From positions 186,001-250,000 of the forward strand of contig JBEUKZ010000078.1 in NCBI GenBank assembly GCA_048128005.1: a stretch of DNA of 64,000 nucleotides, read 5' to 3'. Origin of the DNA: Veleropilina oligotropha (Eukaryota). Made by a program: the position numbers and the translations under genes. The notes under the pieces are model-generated. The model did no database searches. It had not been told where the DNA came from and saw only the letters and a program-made list of their open reading frames with translations. This document shows positions 10,885 to 22,899 of the stretch, one piece after another (positions within the stretch are counted from its first letter, which is position 1; every line of letters starts with the position of its first letter).

Positions 10885-12930
10885 CATGTACCCTCGCCTC
10901 CGGAGGAGAGGCGAAGGTATTGCAGTCGACTCCGTATGTATGTTTGTATGTCCATTCGCATAACTCAAAAACTATTGATTAGATTTACTTTTTACACAAG
11001 GTAGGGTCCTCTTCGAAGATGGTCCGGATTGTGATTATGGTTTTATGATGCAATATCCGGTTTACAGGTTTTCGGCTGTAGCGTTAAAACGCTTTGTTGT
11101 ACAAACATCAAAATAGGCTCAAAATGTTCTTTAGATCAGGGGCCAATGACAATATAAATTATATAGAATCTATCTCACACAAGATGGCCGCCAGGGGGAT
11201 TTAAAATTTTAAAAATAGAGGGTCAATTTCTAATTTCGTCAAATGTAATTAAATGGTGTAAATTCATTATGCAAATTGTAGTCCTGATGGAATTATATCA
11301 ATATCAGCAAAACTATTTAGAAAATATGTGAAATGTGAACTTTATAAGCATTTTAGAAATCAACCAAGGCAAATTGCAAATAAATGTCGTAAATATGTAA
11401 CCACTGAAACCAGACACCTCAAATTTTACCAAGTGACAGAGTGTGACATTATATCTACAAATCTTATCGAAATACTTTGTGTTTGAACGAATTTGTAGCA
11501 ATAATTTTTGTTCCGAAGTCAAAATCATCGAGATGTTGCAAGCTTTGTGATAGCTCTTTAAATACTACTAACGCCGTGATATAATTTACACCATTAAGTA
11601 AGGTTACCGTACCGTAATCTATCTTTCTTGAAAATTTCAGGTATATCGCTTTAGTAACTATTGAGTTATTGCGAGTTAAGTCAGCTTCGGCATAATTTGC
11701 AAATACAAAAATATAACAAAATATAAATACCGTATTAGACCGTTTAAGCGCACATGCCCTATTAAGCGCACACCCCCTTTCTCGTGTCCAGAGTATTGTT
11801 TATAAATGTGAAATCCACGAATAACTGAATGAAATTCAAAGATACTCTCAGCGGTTTCAGCTGGCTTTGCAGTCGACATGCTTTTCTGCACGTTCACCGA
11901 GCTTTCCCCCAATATGGAAACGAGGTTACAGTCACGTCATATGGATAGGGACCAGTCATTTAATGCTTGAAGGGATACCTACGGTACTAGTATTCCTAGT
12001 CCTATTATAGGATATTGTTTTATAAAATGAACGGTCCCTGTAGTCTTAGTAAATCACGTGACATTGATATTGATTTTATTCGTTGAAGGCTGCCACAGCA
12101 AGTAAGACTGTTTTAACTGCTGATAATATTGTTTTTGTGTTGAGTAACGATATTTACAAATGATTTACCGTAGATAGTAGTTCTTGTCAGAATAAATTGG
12201 TGTTATTTTACATCGCAGATGTTTTTTTGTCGTTGCAAAGTGCCGTTCGAAACTGACGTCAGGAGGAAAGCACAGATTTTTTTACTTCTGTCTTCACATG
12301 TGCACTTAAACGAACGACAAATTTATAGGAAATTTAATTTGTTTACAGCACTGCGCATAAACGGTCGAATACGGTAGCCTAAATTAGCCGTAGTAATTCG
12401 ACTACAGGTGTGTATGGCGCAAACGGTTAAGGCGTTGGCGAAAGATCTAGAGGTCAGGGGTTCGATTCACGTTACCTCCAAAATAATTTTATTTTATTTA
12501 AATTTAATGCTAATACTGTGATATAATTTAAACCGCTAAGCATTGATACGGTACTCAACCTTTCCTGAATATTTCATGTATATCGCTTAACTATTGTGTT
12601 ATTGCGAGTTATAAACTTCGGCAAAATTTGCAAATACAAAAATGTAAATAGCCTAATTTAGCCGTAGTAATTCGACTGTGTGTATGGCGCAAACGGTTAA
12701 GGCGCTGGCGAAAGATCTAGAGATCAGGGGTTCGATTCACGTTAGCTCCAAAATATTTTTTTTAACTTTTTTATTTGAACTGTTATTCCTTATTTTTTTT
12801 ATAATTTGTGATTACATTTTATGATTGTAATTCATGTTTAGAAATATTGATCGTAGACATTTCTGACTTTCACCATCATCTTCCTTGGCCCCGAGGCGAG
12901 GGTTTGCAATCTCCACTGATTGCGCTGTTT
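10885..12930 (+). mobile_element. Second HINE-like element with duplicated tRNA-like units and a nested MITE
   Basis: subTIR CCCTCGCC / GGCGAGGG, (GTAT)n after the 5' hairpin, 3' palindrome GCAATC...GATTGC; both ends recur inverted at ~26750 and ~28960. Confidence 0.7.
11730..12374. mobile_element. TA-flanked MITE (Tc1/pogo-like TIR CCGTATTAGACCGTTTAAGCGCA)
   Basis: ~23-bp imperfect TIRs with TA duplication; the empty site is visible in the sister tandem unit at ~12645-12655. Confidence 0.85.
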
Positions 12931-12989
12931 AATATAGAATCATATGATAATGTACATATATTCTACCATCATGCTATTACTATATGCAG

Positions 12990-13216
12990 GATCACTTACC
13001 AAGAATTCCTCAGGCGGTATTCCCCGCTGCTTCAGTTGATGCCGCAATGCGCAGGACCTAAAACCGACGCGTCAACCCCTTTAAGGAGTTCACAAGAGAA
13101 TAAAGAGAACGGGGACATGTATGATCCCATGGAGCTCTTACTGAGGAAACAGCTGAAACTACCCAACACGCCTCGCAGGACTCCAACGCCACGCAAGAAA
13201 CTGAGGCGCAGAGCTG
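12990..13216 (+). CDS. MYO19: Myosin XIX exon (converter start plus low-complexity insert)
   Basis: ITYQEFLRRYSPL continues the SH1/converter region; phase 2 in, phase 1 out fits both neighbours. Confidence 0.9.
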
Positions 13217-13911
13217 GTGAGAATATTTGTGTTATGATATAGAGCGAGAATGTAATAATACTCTGGCAGTGAATTTTGTGTGCTGCCTGTTTTTTGTTGC
13301 GCCATGTTATACATGTTATATGCGGGAGTGACCCCAGGCTAGACTAGTAGTATTAGATGGTATAGGACATGTTGCAAGCCTGAATGGTTAGGTTGCTGTG
13401 TGGAATATATTTAAGAAACTCAAGACCGGTAGATAATTATAATTTAAAATTGGGATATATTGCATCGTGGTGGTATTGCATTCAGGTTCGTCAGAAGGAA
13501 GGAGATCTATGCATGATGATGATGACTGTCAAGGGTCTGGCACCAACAGGAAGATCGAAGGAGAAAGCTTGCACAGACATCTAGCTATATATTTTGGAAA
13601 ACAGTCAAATCTCTGCATATACTTCACATTTGTATCACTGATCTCGAGCTAAATGTAGCCATTGTTGCTAAGCGCACATAGATCACAGACCTCCAGTTTG
13701 GTTTGATCTATGTTCTCAGAGACTTCTCTTGAGCAAGGAAATAAGCGTATGTATGTGCCTCAGTCGATATGAGTGGATACGTGGTTGGCGGCATGTAAGT
13801 CTGTCATTTACTGTAGTGTTATCAGAGGTAGTTAATATGGAATTTTTGAAACCAGCCCGTAACAAGGGAGATCATTGTGAATTCATGAGTGCATGCCTAT
13901 TTTTTATGTAG

Positions 13912-14045
13912 GGCTGTCCAGTTTCGATCACAGCATGAAATGTTCCGCAGCTATAATAAAAACAGTGTTTGGCTTTGACTACATGGTCAACCGGGGATTC
14001 AAAGAACAATTCGGAAGAACAAAAATATTTCTCAAGCAATGTCAG
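13912..14045 (+). CDS. MYO19: Myosin XIX exon (converter)
   Basis: QFGRTKIFLK converter motif; tag/gtgagc boundaries. Confidence 0.95.
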
Positions 14046-14358
14046 GTGAGCGTGATATTATCTTGAGAGCAAACAAGAATGTATTTATTAAAATTAATTA
14101 TTATTATTGTATCCCCAGATAATAATTTCTTGGGTGCGTTCTACAGTAAAAATTTATAATCCTATTTGCTTTAAATTTGATATGTACATTATTGAAACGT
14201 GGTTTACGACCCTAACAATTTTGGTAATATTAATATTCTAGATGGGGGTCATGGGAGGGAATAAACCCTCTCAATTTGATGGCCCAATGGGTTCATTTGA
14301 AATTTTTTGTGAAAATCAACCGTTAAATTTCTTCAATTTAACATCATCATTTTAACAG

Positions 14359-14491
14359 CTAGAAAAACTTGAAGGAGTAAGATCTGACATTTGTTCCAAG
14401 TGTGCACAACTTATTCAACGAGTTTGGCGAAATCACTTGAGGAGAAAACACGCACATCAGAGACATAAGGCTGCTGTATGCCTACAAAACG
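14359..14491 (+). CDS. MYO19: Myosin XIX exon (IQ neck)
   Basis: LEKLEGVRS...CAQLIQRVWRNHLRRK...AAVCLQN contains IQ motifs. Confidence 0.93.
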
Positions 14492-14993
14492 GTAAGCAAT
14501 ATTTAAGTCAGATCAGTGTCCATGTTGAATGAGAAATAATCAATTTCCAGTGCATGGACATCTCAAGGGAACAATGTGTGCTATGGTAGTGTGTCTGTTT
14601 TTCCAGTTAGTGCAAATCCACAAAGGCATCAGACTGGTTGCCTCTAGATCTGCTTCTCATACTTATAACTGCACTCTCGCTCTGTTTAGCGTGACGGGCA
14701 GGATTATCTGCCCTAGTTATTTTGAAGTCACATTGGAATTAGAGAAATCAAATTTTCAAAATTTGTCTAGATCTGAAAATTATGGGTGTCGATTTATCAA
14801 ATGCAACACTATCATATATCGATATTTAAGATGTTGTTTACATTTCACTGATGACTAAACACTTCTATCTGTCAATTTTAGTATCATAGCATGCCATATT
14901 TTCGTAAATCCCTTTGCTCACAAAACTCTCTTGTATGGTGGACTGTGTATGCATATTAGAAATTGTTTCTTGTATCTTTTAGCTATAGTTCTA

Positions 14994-15150
14994 TGGCCGC
15001 TTCGACAGCTGTGTGGTATCGGTTGTGGTCTCCGAAACATCACCACTTGATTCCGCTGACACATTGTTCAAGTTATGAATCACAGTTGTCCGTAACTGGT
15101 CGGAGATGGTGGGAAATATACAGGACATTAAGCATCGAACCTTTCCTTTT
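14994..15150 (+). mobile_element. Internally deleted SINE (older CCTTT-tail subfamily)
   Basis: GGCCGCTTCGACAG head and CAGGACATTAAGCATCG...CCTTTCC tail. Confidence 0.65.
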
Positions 15151-15854
15151 TGGCCCGCCTTCTAAAGGCAGGGCTATAGCCGTGTACTGGCGTCCGTCGT
15201 CCGTCGCCTGATGCTTTCTGTCACATAGAAGACGAACCGCTGGACCTACACCTTTCATATTGGGTATGCACCTTGTATACCATCAGGCCTAGCCCAAGTT
15301 GACTCTAAATTCACTGGCTTGTTTCCGCTGACGCGAACAGTAGTGGGATCGACCCCCGGCTGAGGCAGCACACATTTGTTCAAGTTATGAAGCACAGTTG
15401 TCCGTGACTGGCCGAAGAGGGCGGGTTTACCCGGCGACCGGGGTTTCCTCCCGCGATAACACGGACATGTCCTGCCTTGAACCTCGATGTTATAAATATA
15501 CAGGACATTAAGCATAATTCCTCCTCCTCCTCCTAGCCCAAGTTCAAAGATGGGGTCGCTGGGTCAAAGGTCAAGGTCATGTTCGTGTATTTCCGTTCTG
15601 GCACTTCGAAGATTGCTTTCTGTCACATAGAAGACGAACCGCTGGACCTACACCTTTCATATTGGGTATGCACCTTGTATACCATCAGGCCTTGGTTAAG
15701 TTCAAAAATGGAGTCTCTGGGTCAAAGGTCAAGGTCATTTTCGTGTATTTCCGTTCCAGATGGCACTTTGAAGATATAGAGTTATTGATTATTTTCCTCT
15801 CTATGGATTTATATATCCAAACGGCGGGCCTGTATGAGGATCGTACCTCTAGTT
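15150..15854 (+). mobile_element. HINE-like element interrupted by a SINE
   Basis: subTIR GGCCCGCC / GGCGGGCC, CGTC microsatellite, two ~155-bp core units, CTAGTT end. Confidence 0.75.
15301..15531 (+). mobile_element. 5'-truncated young SINE with (CCT)n tail
   Basis: 13-bp TSD CCTAGCCCAAGTT at 15288-15300 and 15532-15544. Confidence 0.9.
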
Positions 15855-15890
15855 CTTTGTTCTATGAGCTCAGTTGCCTTCAGATTGTTG

Positions 15891-17011
15891 GGTTCATTCC
15901 CACGACGTATACTTACGCACCTCTAGTTAGTAGCATGACGTCTACTTTCATACCTATAATTGGGATTAATCACATCTACCCGAATTTGGATTTCAGCCTT
16001 GAGTTTCGCTATTATATTAGTCGAATATTTACGAAATTCTGAACGTTTACCATTATTGATAAATACTGATTACTTAATTCAACTTTTATTGAACACTAAT
16101 CATAATATTATTAACAAATGGCGATTAGTCCATGTGCGCTCGGCTCATATCTGGTATAAATATATATACAAGACACAACGATGGTGGCCAATTAATTTTG
16201 ATAAATCATAATATTATGGCAAATGCAGCTGTAGAGATTCAGATAGTACCATCAGGACGCGGGGGTAAAAATTTATTTCATAATGCATATCGGTTTAGAG
16301 TAAACAGAAATACAGATGACTGGTGTTCTTGGACAAATGATGTAAGGCACGAGAAATGGCATCAGTGATTCGCCTCAAAACCATGATTGACAACCATTTG
16401 AGGTAGTTGTACGTGTTTGCCACCATGTCTAAAATTCGAAAAAGCAAATCAGTGATTTAGATTTATGAAGAACTTATCCAAACCCACATCTACGTCAGTT
16501 CCCTGCATTCTTGATTAGCTTTGCCATGGTGAAACGTTCGCTGTATCGAGAAAGACAGAAGCTACAGCCCCTAAGAATCTACCAACATCGAGAGAAAACT
16601 TACGTTTGCCTGAAGAATATTCGAAAACAACGACTGAAGACAATTTTTTGATGAAGGATGATGGCCTGGAGCGGAAATTTCTTGTGTTTGGTACCAATGT
16701 CAATCTTGCCAAATTGTGCTCTGTTGTGTGACACCAAGTAAATTCGACCAAATGTATATGATTCTTGCGCTGGTTGACGAACAAACGCATCCACTGATCT
16801 ATAATTTGATACCAGACAGGAAACAGGTGACATATGAAAGACTCGGTTGATTCTGGTCTTCTTGTCATTTTCAATATTTCTTCTATTTTGGCTATCGATA
16901 TTCAACATTAAAGTTCTTATTTATTTCATGCACTGTTGCATTCACACCTTTCGTAGTGGAATAATACACTATAATATGTAACAATAGAAGTATGCGTTGT
17001 GGGAAGACCCC
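15891..17011 (+). mobile_element. Mutator/MULE (FLYWCH) deletion derivative
   Basis: Imperfect TIRs ...TTCCCACGACGTATACTT / AAGTATGCGTTGTGGGAA...; GATTGTTG duplicated on both sides; FLYWCH-like SGRGGKNLFHNAYRF and MULE-like PKNLPTSRENLRLPEEYSKTTTEDNFL...KFLVFGT fragments. Confidence 0.7.
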
Positions 17012-18229
17012 GATTGTTGCAACCCTAGACAATGACAATGGGTGCTAGAAGATGTATTCAATTAATTGTTATATTGTTGTGTGCTGTTAATTGGCTTTCA
17101 CATTCAGGTCTTCCTACAGAAAATAATAATGGATTAAAGGTGTTTTGGCTGCATGCTTCTTGGCCTTGAAGTTGGAGATCATTCATTCTTGTTTTTAATG
17201 TTATTTTTGGATCCTTGTTTGGTGTTTAATGGGTCTCTGTTTCAGTATCACATGTGCCAAAGTGGATAAAATTTTCAAAGGTAGATTTTAATACAATAAT
17301 CACTATTAATCAGTAACATAAGGTCTAATGGTGGTTACCTGTACGTTGTGGATATCCATCAGTTTGTTTGAAAAGTTATTGTATAAAAGTATTTTCCACT
17401 GATTAGAATTTACATGTTAGCTGCAATGCATGTTTCATACTCACTTCAACAAGTTAGAGTGGTATCACTTTCGGGACCCCTGTCTCGTGACTCTACGCGA
17501 TACAACATCTGGCTAATATCTGTCATATCACCCATCAAAACACTGATCGGCTCAACATATTTTAAATGGTGCTTTCAACAAGATCAAGTCATAGCTTTAA
17601 ATTGATTATTGCTCGTTAATGCACTCTTTATTTCTTTGAAAACAAAACTAACCGCATTACACTTTATAGCATAAAAAATGTTAGGAATTTTCAACAATGA
17701 ACTTTCGTCAGTAATTTGTTACGGTACCGTAATCGTTTAAATAAATTGCTATATGATGCTAATGAAGATTTAGAAATGACTAAAAGCAGTGTAAAAGCGG
17801 TCCGCTTTTAATTACTTCTCACCAAGTGACATTTCCAATTGACCTAGTTGGAGCAAAGTTGCGTACTAGGTTTCTGTTCGTCAAGTAAGATAGCTTTCTA
17901 TTTGACAATAATATATATTTCCCATTTACAATAATAATTTCAATAAAAATGTATCATATGACCATATATCGATCATATCTGTGCAAAATTTATCTGTGCG
18001 AACGTGCGTCCGTTTCACTTGATAGGCTGTTCAGTCATGCTACACATTCACCAAAATGGCATTAATACGGGCAATAGTCACTTTAAACACAACTTCTAAA
18101 TTAATGTCCTTGACAAAACAAATGAACTGTGTTTCTCTCCGTGCCGACCAATGTAAACCGTATCGCTTGATGAGATCAAGAATTATTTGCATTGACCATA
18201 TTTGGAAATAACATATAGTACGTGACAGG

Positions 18230-18480
18230 TTGCTTCAACAGTCGTGTGGTTTCTGTTGCAGACTCCGAAAATCGCAGTTTTGGGTTTGAATCTCAGTTTG
18301 GACATGGCATTATTTGTTCAGTTATGAATGATCACAGTTGTCCGTAACTGGTCAGAGAGAGCGAGTTTCCCCGGGCGACCGGGCTTTCCTCCCACGATAA
18401 TATGGACATGTCCTGCTTTGAATCTGATGGTTGTTAATGTACGCAACATTATTAAGCATCGATCCTTTCCGTTCCACTTT
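18230..18480 (+). mobile_element. Older-subfamily SINE
   Basis: Aligns by eye with SINE body; GATCCTTTCC tail. Confidence 0.7.
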
Positions 18481-18908
18481 CTACATGACATTTAGTACAA
18501 TGTTTTATGCATTTATCAGGAACGGTATGCTTTATGATCACTTTTTTCAGTGGCATATCAGCCAAAATACTTTGCCTTGATGTATCAATCAGATTGAGTC
18601 AATGACATATATATTGGCCATATGTCTTCCATTTTGTTTATGTGAGATAATTTGCAGTTGCGAGTGTCGATATTGAGTCAGAGATATCCTGGCAGGCAAT
18701 CGGTCGGCAGCTATGAGTGTCGATATTGAGTCAGAGATATCCTGGCAGCCAATCGGTCGCCAGCTATGGTCGCTGTATGACAAAGAATGAGGGCTTTGAA
18801 TATTTCAATAAACTTAAAAGGGGGAGGGTCAAATTATTGTGTGAAATTCATTATCAACCGTCACATGCATGGGTAAGGGTTTCTTATGTTACAAGTTGCG
18901 ATGTTTAA

Positions 18909-19154
18909 AGGCCAGGGAAAGTGACCCACTGGCCGAAGATTTTGCCCAAACGTTAGGGGTGTGACCTTACGTCGTCGGCATTTGAAGCTTGCCTGTGAAG
19001 TCTGGAAGTGGCAATCACTGTAACAACTAAAAACATAATTGGATTTCTGTTGTTTTAACCATTTGTCAACCAATCTATATGTCGATGTGCTCTTGGTGAT
19101 TTCCAAGTCAGAAATGATCCGACCACCAATAGTTTTATAGTTACCGTCAGGCCT
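18909..19154 (-). mobile_element. TTAA-flanked MITE (Kolobok-like)
   Basis: TTAA|AGGCCAGG...AGGCCT|TTAA; inverted relative to 5628-5893. Confidence 0.7.
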
Positions 19155-19307
19155 TTAAACACAATCTTGTAACAATAAATAATATATATGAAGAGACATG
19201 TTTGTATTGGTCTATGTGCAAGGTGGGTCTCTCCACATACCACACCAAGTGATCCAATGTCCTTTATACATGACTCATTGATACCATAAGTATTTATAAT
19301 TTTTCAG

Positions 19308-19669
19308 GATTCAAACGTTGGCTGGACAAGAGGAGGGCTGCTCGAGAGGCGACTCGCTTACGAGAGCAAGCAGAACTGATAAAAAGTGCTGAAAATGCCA
19401 GCACCGGTACCAGTTTCTCTACAGAGTCTCCAAGTAGAAATCTAAAACGACATCACGAGTCGGATAGTGGCTGCGATACAGTGTGTGGGGACAGCGATGC
19501 TGGAGATTTGTCAGTGCTGTCAGAGATTGAAAACCAACAGGCTGAAATGCTCGCCATTCATTCATCGCATCCCAAGGTGAAGAGGATGAAATTAGATTGC
19601 TCTGGATTTCCCAGGCTACGCAATGCCAGTGTTGGCGATGGGATTGTCTCCAAAAGAAGACTTCCAAGG
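19308..19669 (+). CDS. MYO19: Myosin XIX exon (end of IQ2 and tail)
   Basis: Phase-1 join gives LQNGFKRWLDKRR; open 362-nt exon ending AGG/gtaaga. Confidence 0.88.
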
Positions 19670-20162
19670 GTAAGAAATTAGGTGGATGAATTTTAATGTT
19701 CAATGACTATACGTACCAACAGTATTTCAGTCAATTAGAGTCGATCAATGTTGAATGATTAAATGAATTTTTGCTGTGTGCAATTCATAAGTTATATCAA
19801 ATTTTGTGAACTATTTTATCTATTGCGTATCGTATTGTACTCCATTTGGAAATAACTTCTGTCTTATGAAAAATCAAAATTCACTAAGTTAACACAATGG
19901 ATGTGTATATATTGCCACATTTGACCTGTCAATTTATTGGGGGGGGGGGGGGGGCATTTAGATTTACCCTTGTCAGTCCGTCCCGTTCCGAAAACCAGTA
20001 TTTGCATGCAAGTAACTCCATTCTGCTATGAAAGTGGGGGCATTCATGTCTCATGAACACATTTCTAGTTTATGTCTGCTGTCAAACTAAATGAATGATT
20101 TTTGTCAATCAGTTCTGCTCTGCTGTAGATTTGTAATGTTTACTTTATGTATTTTTGTCTAG

Positions 20163-20279
20163 GTGGCAGTCAAATTTCACACAAAGGCTAGCGTATTAAA
20201 GAACGCTCATCTTGTCCACCGAAGAGAACTACAGTGCAGTTTAACGGACTGTTTACAGGAAACTGATGATCTGGATTAA
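20163..20279 (+). CDS. MYO19: Myosin XIX last coding exon (stop TAA 20277-20279)
   Basis: RLPR|VAVKFHTKASVLKNAHL resembles the vertebrate MYO19 tail [22 protein letters not shown] as I recall it; this supports the class XIX call. Confidence 0.85.
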   Translation: MAVKFHTKASVLKNAHLVHRRELQCSLTDCLQETDDLD

Positions 20280-21411
20280 ACTGAAACAAAGGTTAAAGAC
20301 AAAGCATTTGGGTGCCATCATTACATGGTGTTATATCTAATACACAAGATTCCCAAGGCATAATTTCTTCAAAGAAATAATTAGTATACGTGTATGCATA
20401 ATATGCCAAAGTTGTCTTCATGTCTGTATGCCTCATAAAATATTGTATATATATAAGATATTATATATATTGGATAAAAATTGATTTTGAAAAATCAACG
20501 TATTGATTATTTGATTTTTGATGGGCATGTATTCTCTGACAAATGTTGATTATATGTTTAACTGTTCATTCGATCCAGCCAGGCTCGTGAGTCTGAATGG
20601 AGGTTTTGGGAAATGGCACTGCATGGTCAGTGAATTGGAAATGATCACCTACATCCATCGGCTTATGGAGATTGGTGTATTTCCGAAGCCGGTGGCCAGT
20701 TGTGATCAGATACCTGACCTAACTGAGTGTGGTAGATCATCCCACATTTCTTCTCATCTATGATATATTTGTTTAGAGTGTACCACCAATATGGATCATA
20801 GTTTGTAGATGTTGAGATCATATGCACTACGAACCGTGTTCAGGTATACCTGCTGCCACAGCATGCCTCCGGAGCATCGTGTTCAAGATTTATAAAGGTG
20901 CATCATTTGTTTACAGCCATTGTAGCAAACCCACTGACAGACTATATCAAATTTTCCATCGTATCTTAGTTGGAACTGCCGATTTAAGGTGTCTACATGA
21001 TCATATTGACATATACAGCATTTTCTTTCTATTATTTAAGCTGTAGAATGATCTGCCAGCAACACTAGAAACTCACCTACCAGTCTCAGTAACTATCTTA
21101 CAAACAAACCACTCCATGGTTCTTATAGAAAATATTGTTGAAATTTGTAGGTGATTTCAAAAAGTCATTTGATGATACATTAGCAATTTATATATGACTG
21201 TTTTGTGACAACATTACTGATATTGATAATCAGATAAATGCAATGATTTTCCACTTTGAATATCGACGACAAAAGTCATTCCATCCAGAGTCCATTCTAA
21301 AGTAATGCCAGATCAAAATTATGTGCATCTTTTACCAAAGCAGTAGACCATGTATTATTTTTGCCAGTTGCCAAACAAGAATTCATTTGAAAAGTCCTCC
21401 CAGGTGACAAC

Positions 21412-21950
21412 TTTTTAGCTCCGCTGTGACATAGTCTGCGAAGCTTTACTGATACCGGTGGACATCCGTCCGGCGTCAACTTTTGATTTGAAATGTGAAT
21501 ATCTTCAAAACTGTCAGATAAATTATTTTATACTTTGGCATGAGCCATATCCTGAAATAATTAGAAAATTCTGTCGCTGTTTTTCTGAAATTTACCTTTT
21601 GGGATTTCTGTGACAAATTTTGACTTCAAATGTGAGTATCTCCGAATTGTCTGATAAAGTATTTCTTAATTGGCATGAGCCTTCTTTATGATGTTCTAAA
21701 CATATCCTGCCAAAATTAGAAAAATCTGTTTCGGTTTTAATGAAATTTGCCTTTTTGAACTTGGAAAATCTGCTTCTGTTGCAACTTTTGACTTCAAATG
21801 TGAATATCTCCGAAACTGGCTGATAACTTTTTTACCTCCGCTGTGACGTAATCAGCAGAGCTTTACTGATACCGCTTTGTCCGGCTTACTTCCGTCCGGT
21901 GTAAACTTTTGACTTGAAATGTGAATATCTTCAAAACTGTCAGATTTAAA
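21412..21950 (+). mobile_element. HINE-like remnants with ~150-160-bp repeats
   Basis: TTTTTAGCTCCGCTG head occurs twice (21412, ~21830); repeated ACTTTTGACTTCAAATGTGAATATCT. Confidence 0.6.
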
Positions 21951-22014
21951 TGTCGATTTAACAGCATGTCAGCATATGCTGAACATCTAACATGACTTTA
22001 AATGTGCCACATTA

Positions 22015-22760
22015 CAGTTGGAAGAGAAGTGTTTTAATATATATTTTGTACACATTTGCTGCAACTATAGCCTGCAGACGACTGCGAATTTGCCAAACCA
22101 GCTTCCACATCTGTTTCTGTGGCATTGAAGTTCACTCCTCTTGGGCATGTTGGAGTGCAACAGCCAATTGACGCATGTTGATTGACTATCTGCGTTCTTG
22201 GATATTTCTCCTGAGGATACCCCACACTGACTCTATCGGGTTTGCAAAGTGAAGAACGCGCTGGCCACGGTAGAACATGCTCCACCCATTACTGAATCAG
22301 TGATCCTTCTCCATATCTGTCTGTTTCCAACACTGTAGCATCAGCAAAGCCATACACCCGTAAGCATGTCCAGGAACATCAAACATAAGCGTGACTCATC
22401 AGTGAACATGACACTGTTGTCTGTCACATATCTGGTGGCTTGAACCCATTACGATTTGTTCCTTCCAAAGAAGTTGTTTAAATGGAATCCGGTGGCGCCT
22501 TGCATGTTGACCAGTCTCATGTAAGAGTCTTCTGAGCGTTTGTTGGGAAACATCAAGGTGGGTTGCCTCGCGCCACCCAGGTGCTGCTTTTGTGGAGCTC
22601 TTTGCAACTTTTTATTTCACACCTTAGACACTTTGGGGGCCTGTAGCAAAGCATATCAATTAGCTGGGCAAAACAACTTTCATTCATGGCTAAGGCAATG
22701 TCCAGGCCTTTCTCTTATTGGTTCATTTATGAACTATCAATTATTAGAAATATGTCACAG
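22015..22760 (-). pseudogene. Degenerate Tc1-like transposase relic
   Basis: Minus-strand fragments VMFTDESRLCL and VLPWPARS...PIESVWDILRR. Confidence 0.6.
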
Positions 22761-22899
22761 TAATATAGAAAGTCCTCTTGTCTTATTTTCATCATAAGTT
22801 TCATGTTCTGATGTCGAACAGATAGTTACTTCTTTATAATATAATATAACATGTTGATTGGTTATGCATGATTCGGAAATGTAAATCACTTGGTAACAT

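Noticed and set aside
12408..12750. Functional tRNA genes
   Set aside because: A/B boxes are present but acceptor, anticodon and T stems do not pair properly; they lie inside a repeat
13486..13652. Extra MYO19 exon (GSSEGRRSMHDDDD...)
   Set aside because: In-frame acceptor, but no consensus phase-1 donor before the stop; the flanking exons join correctly without it
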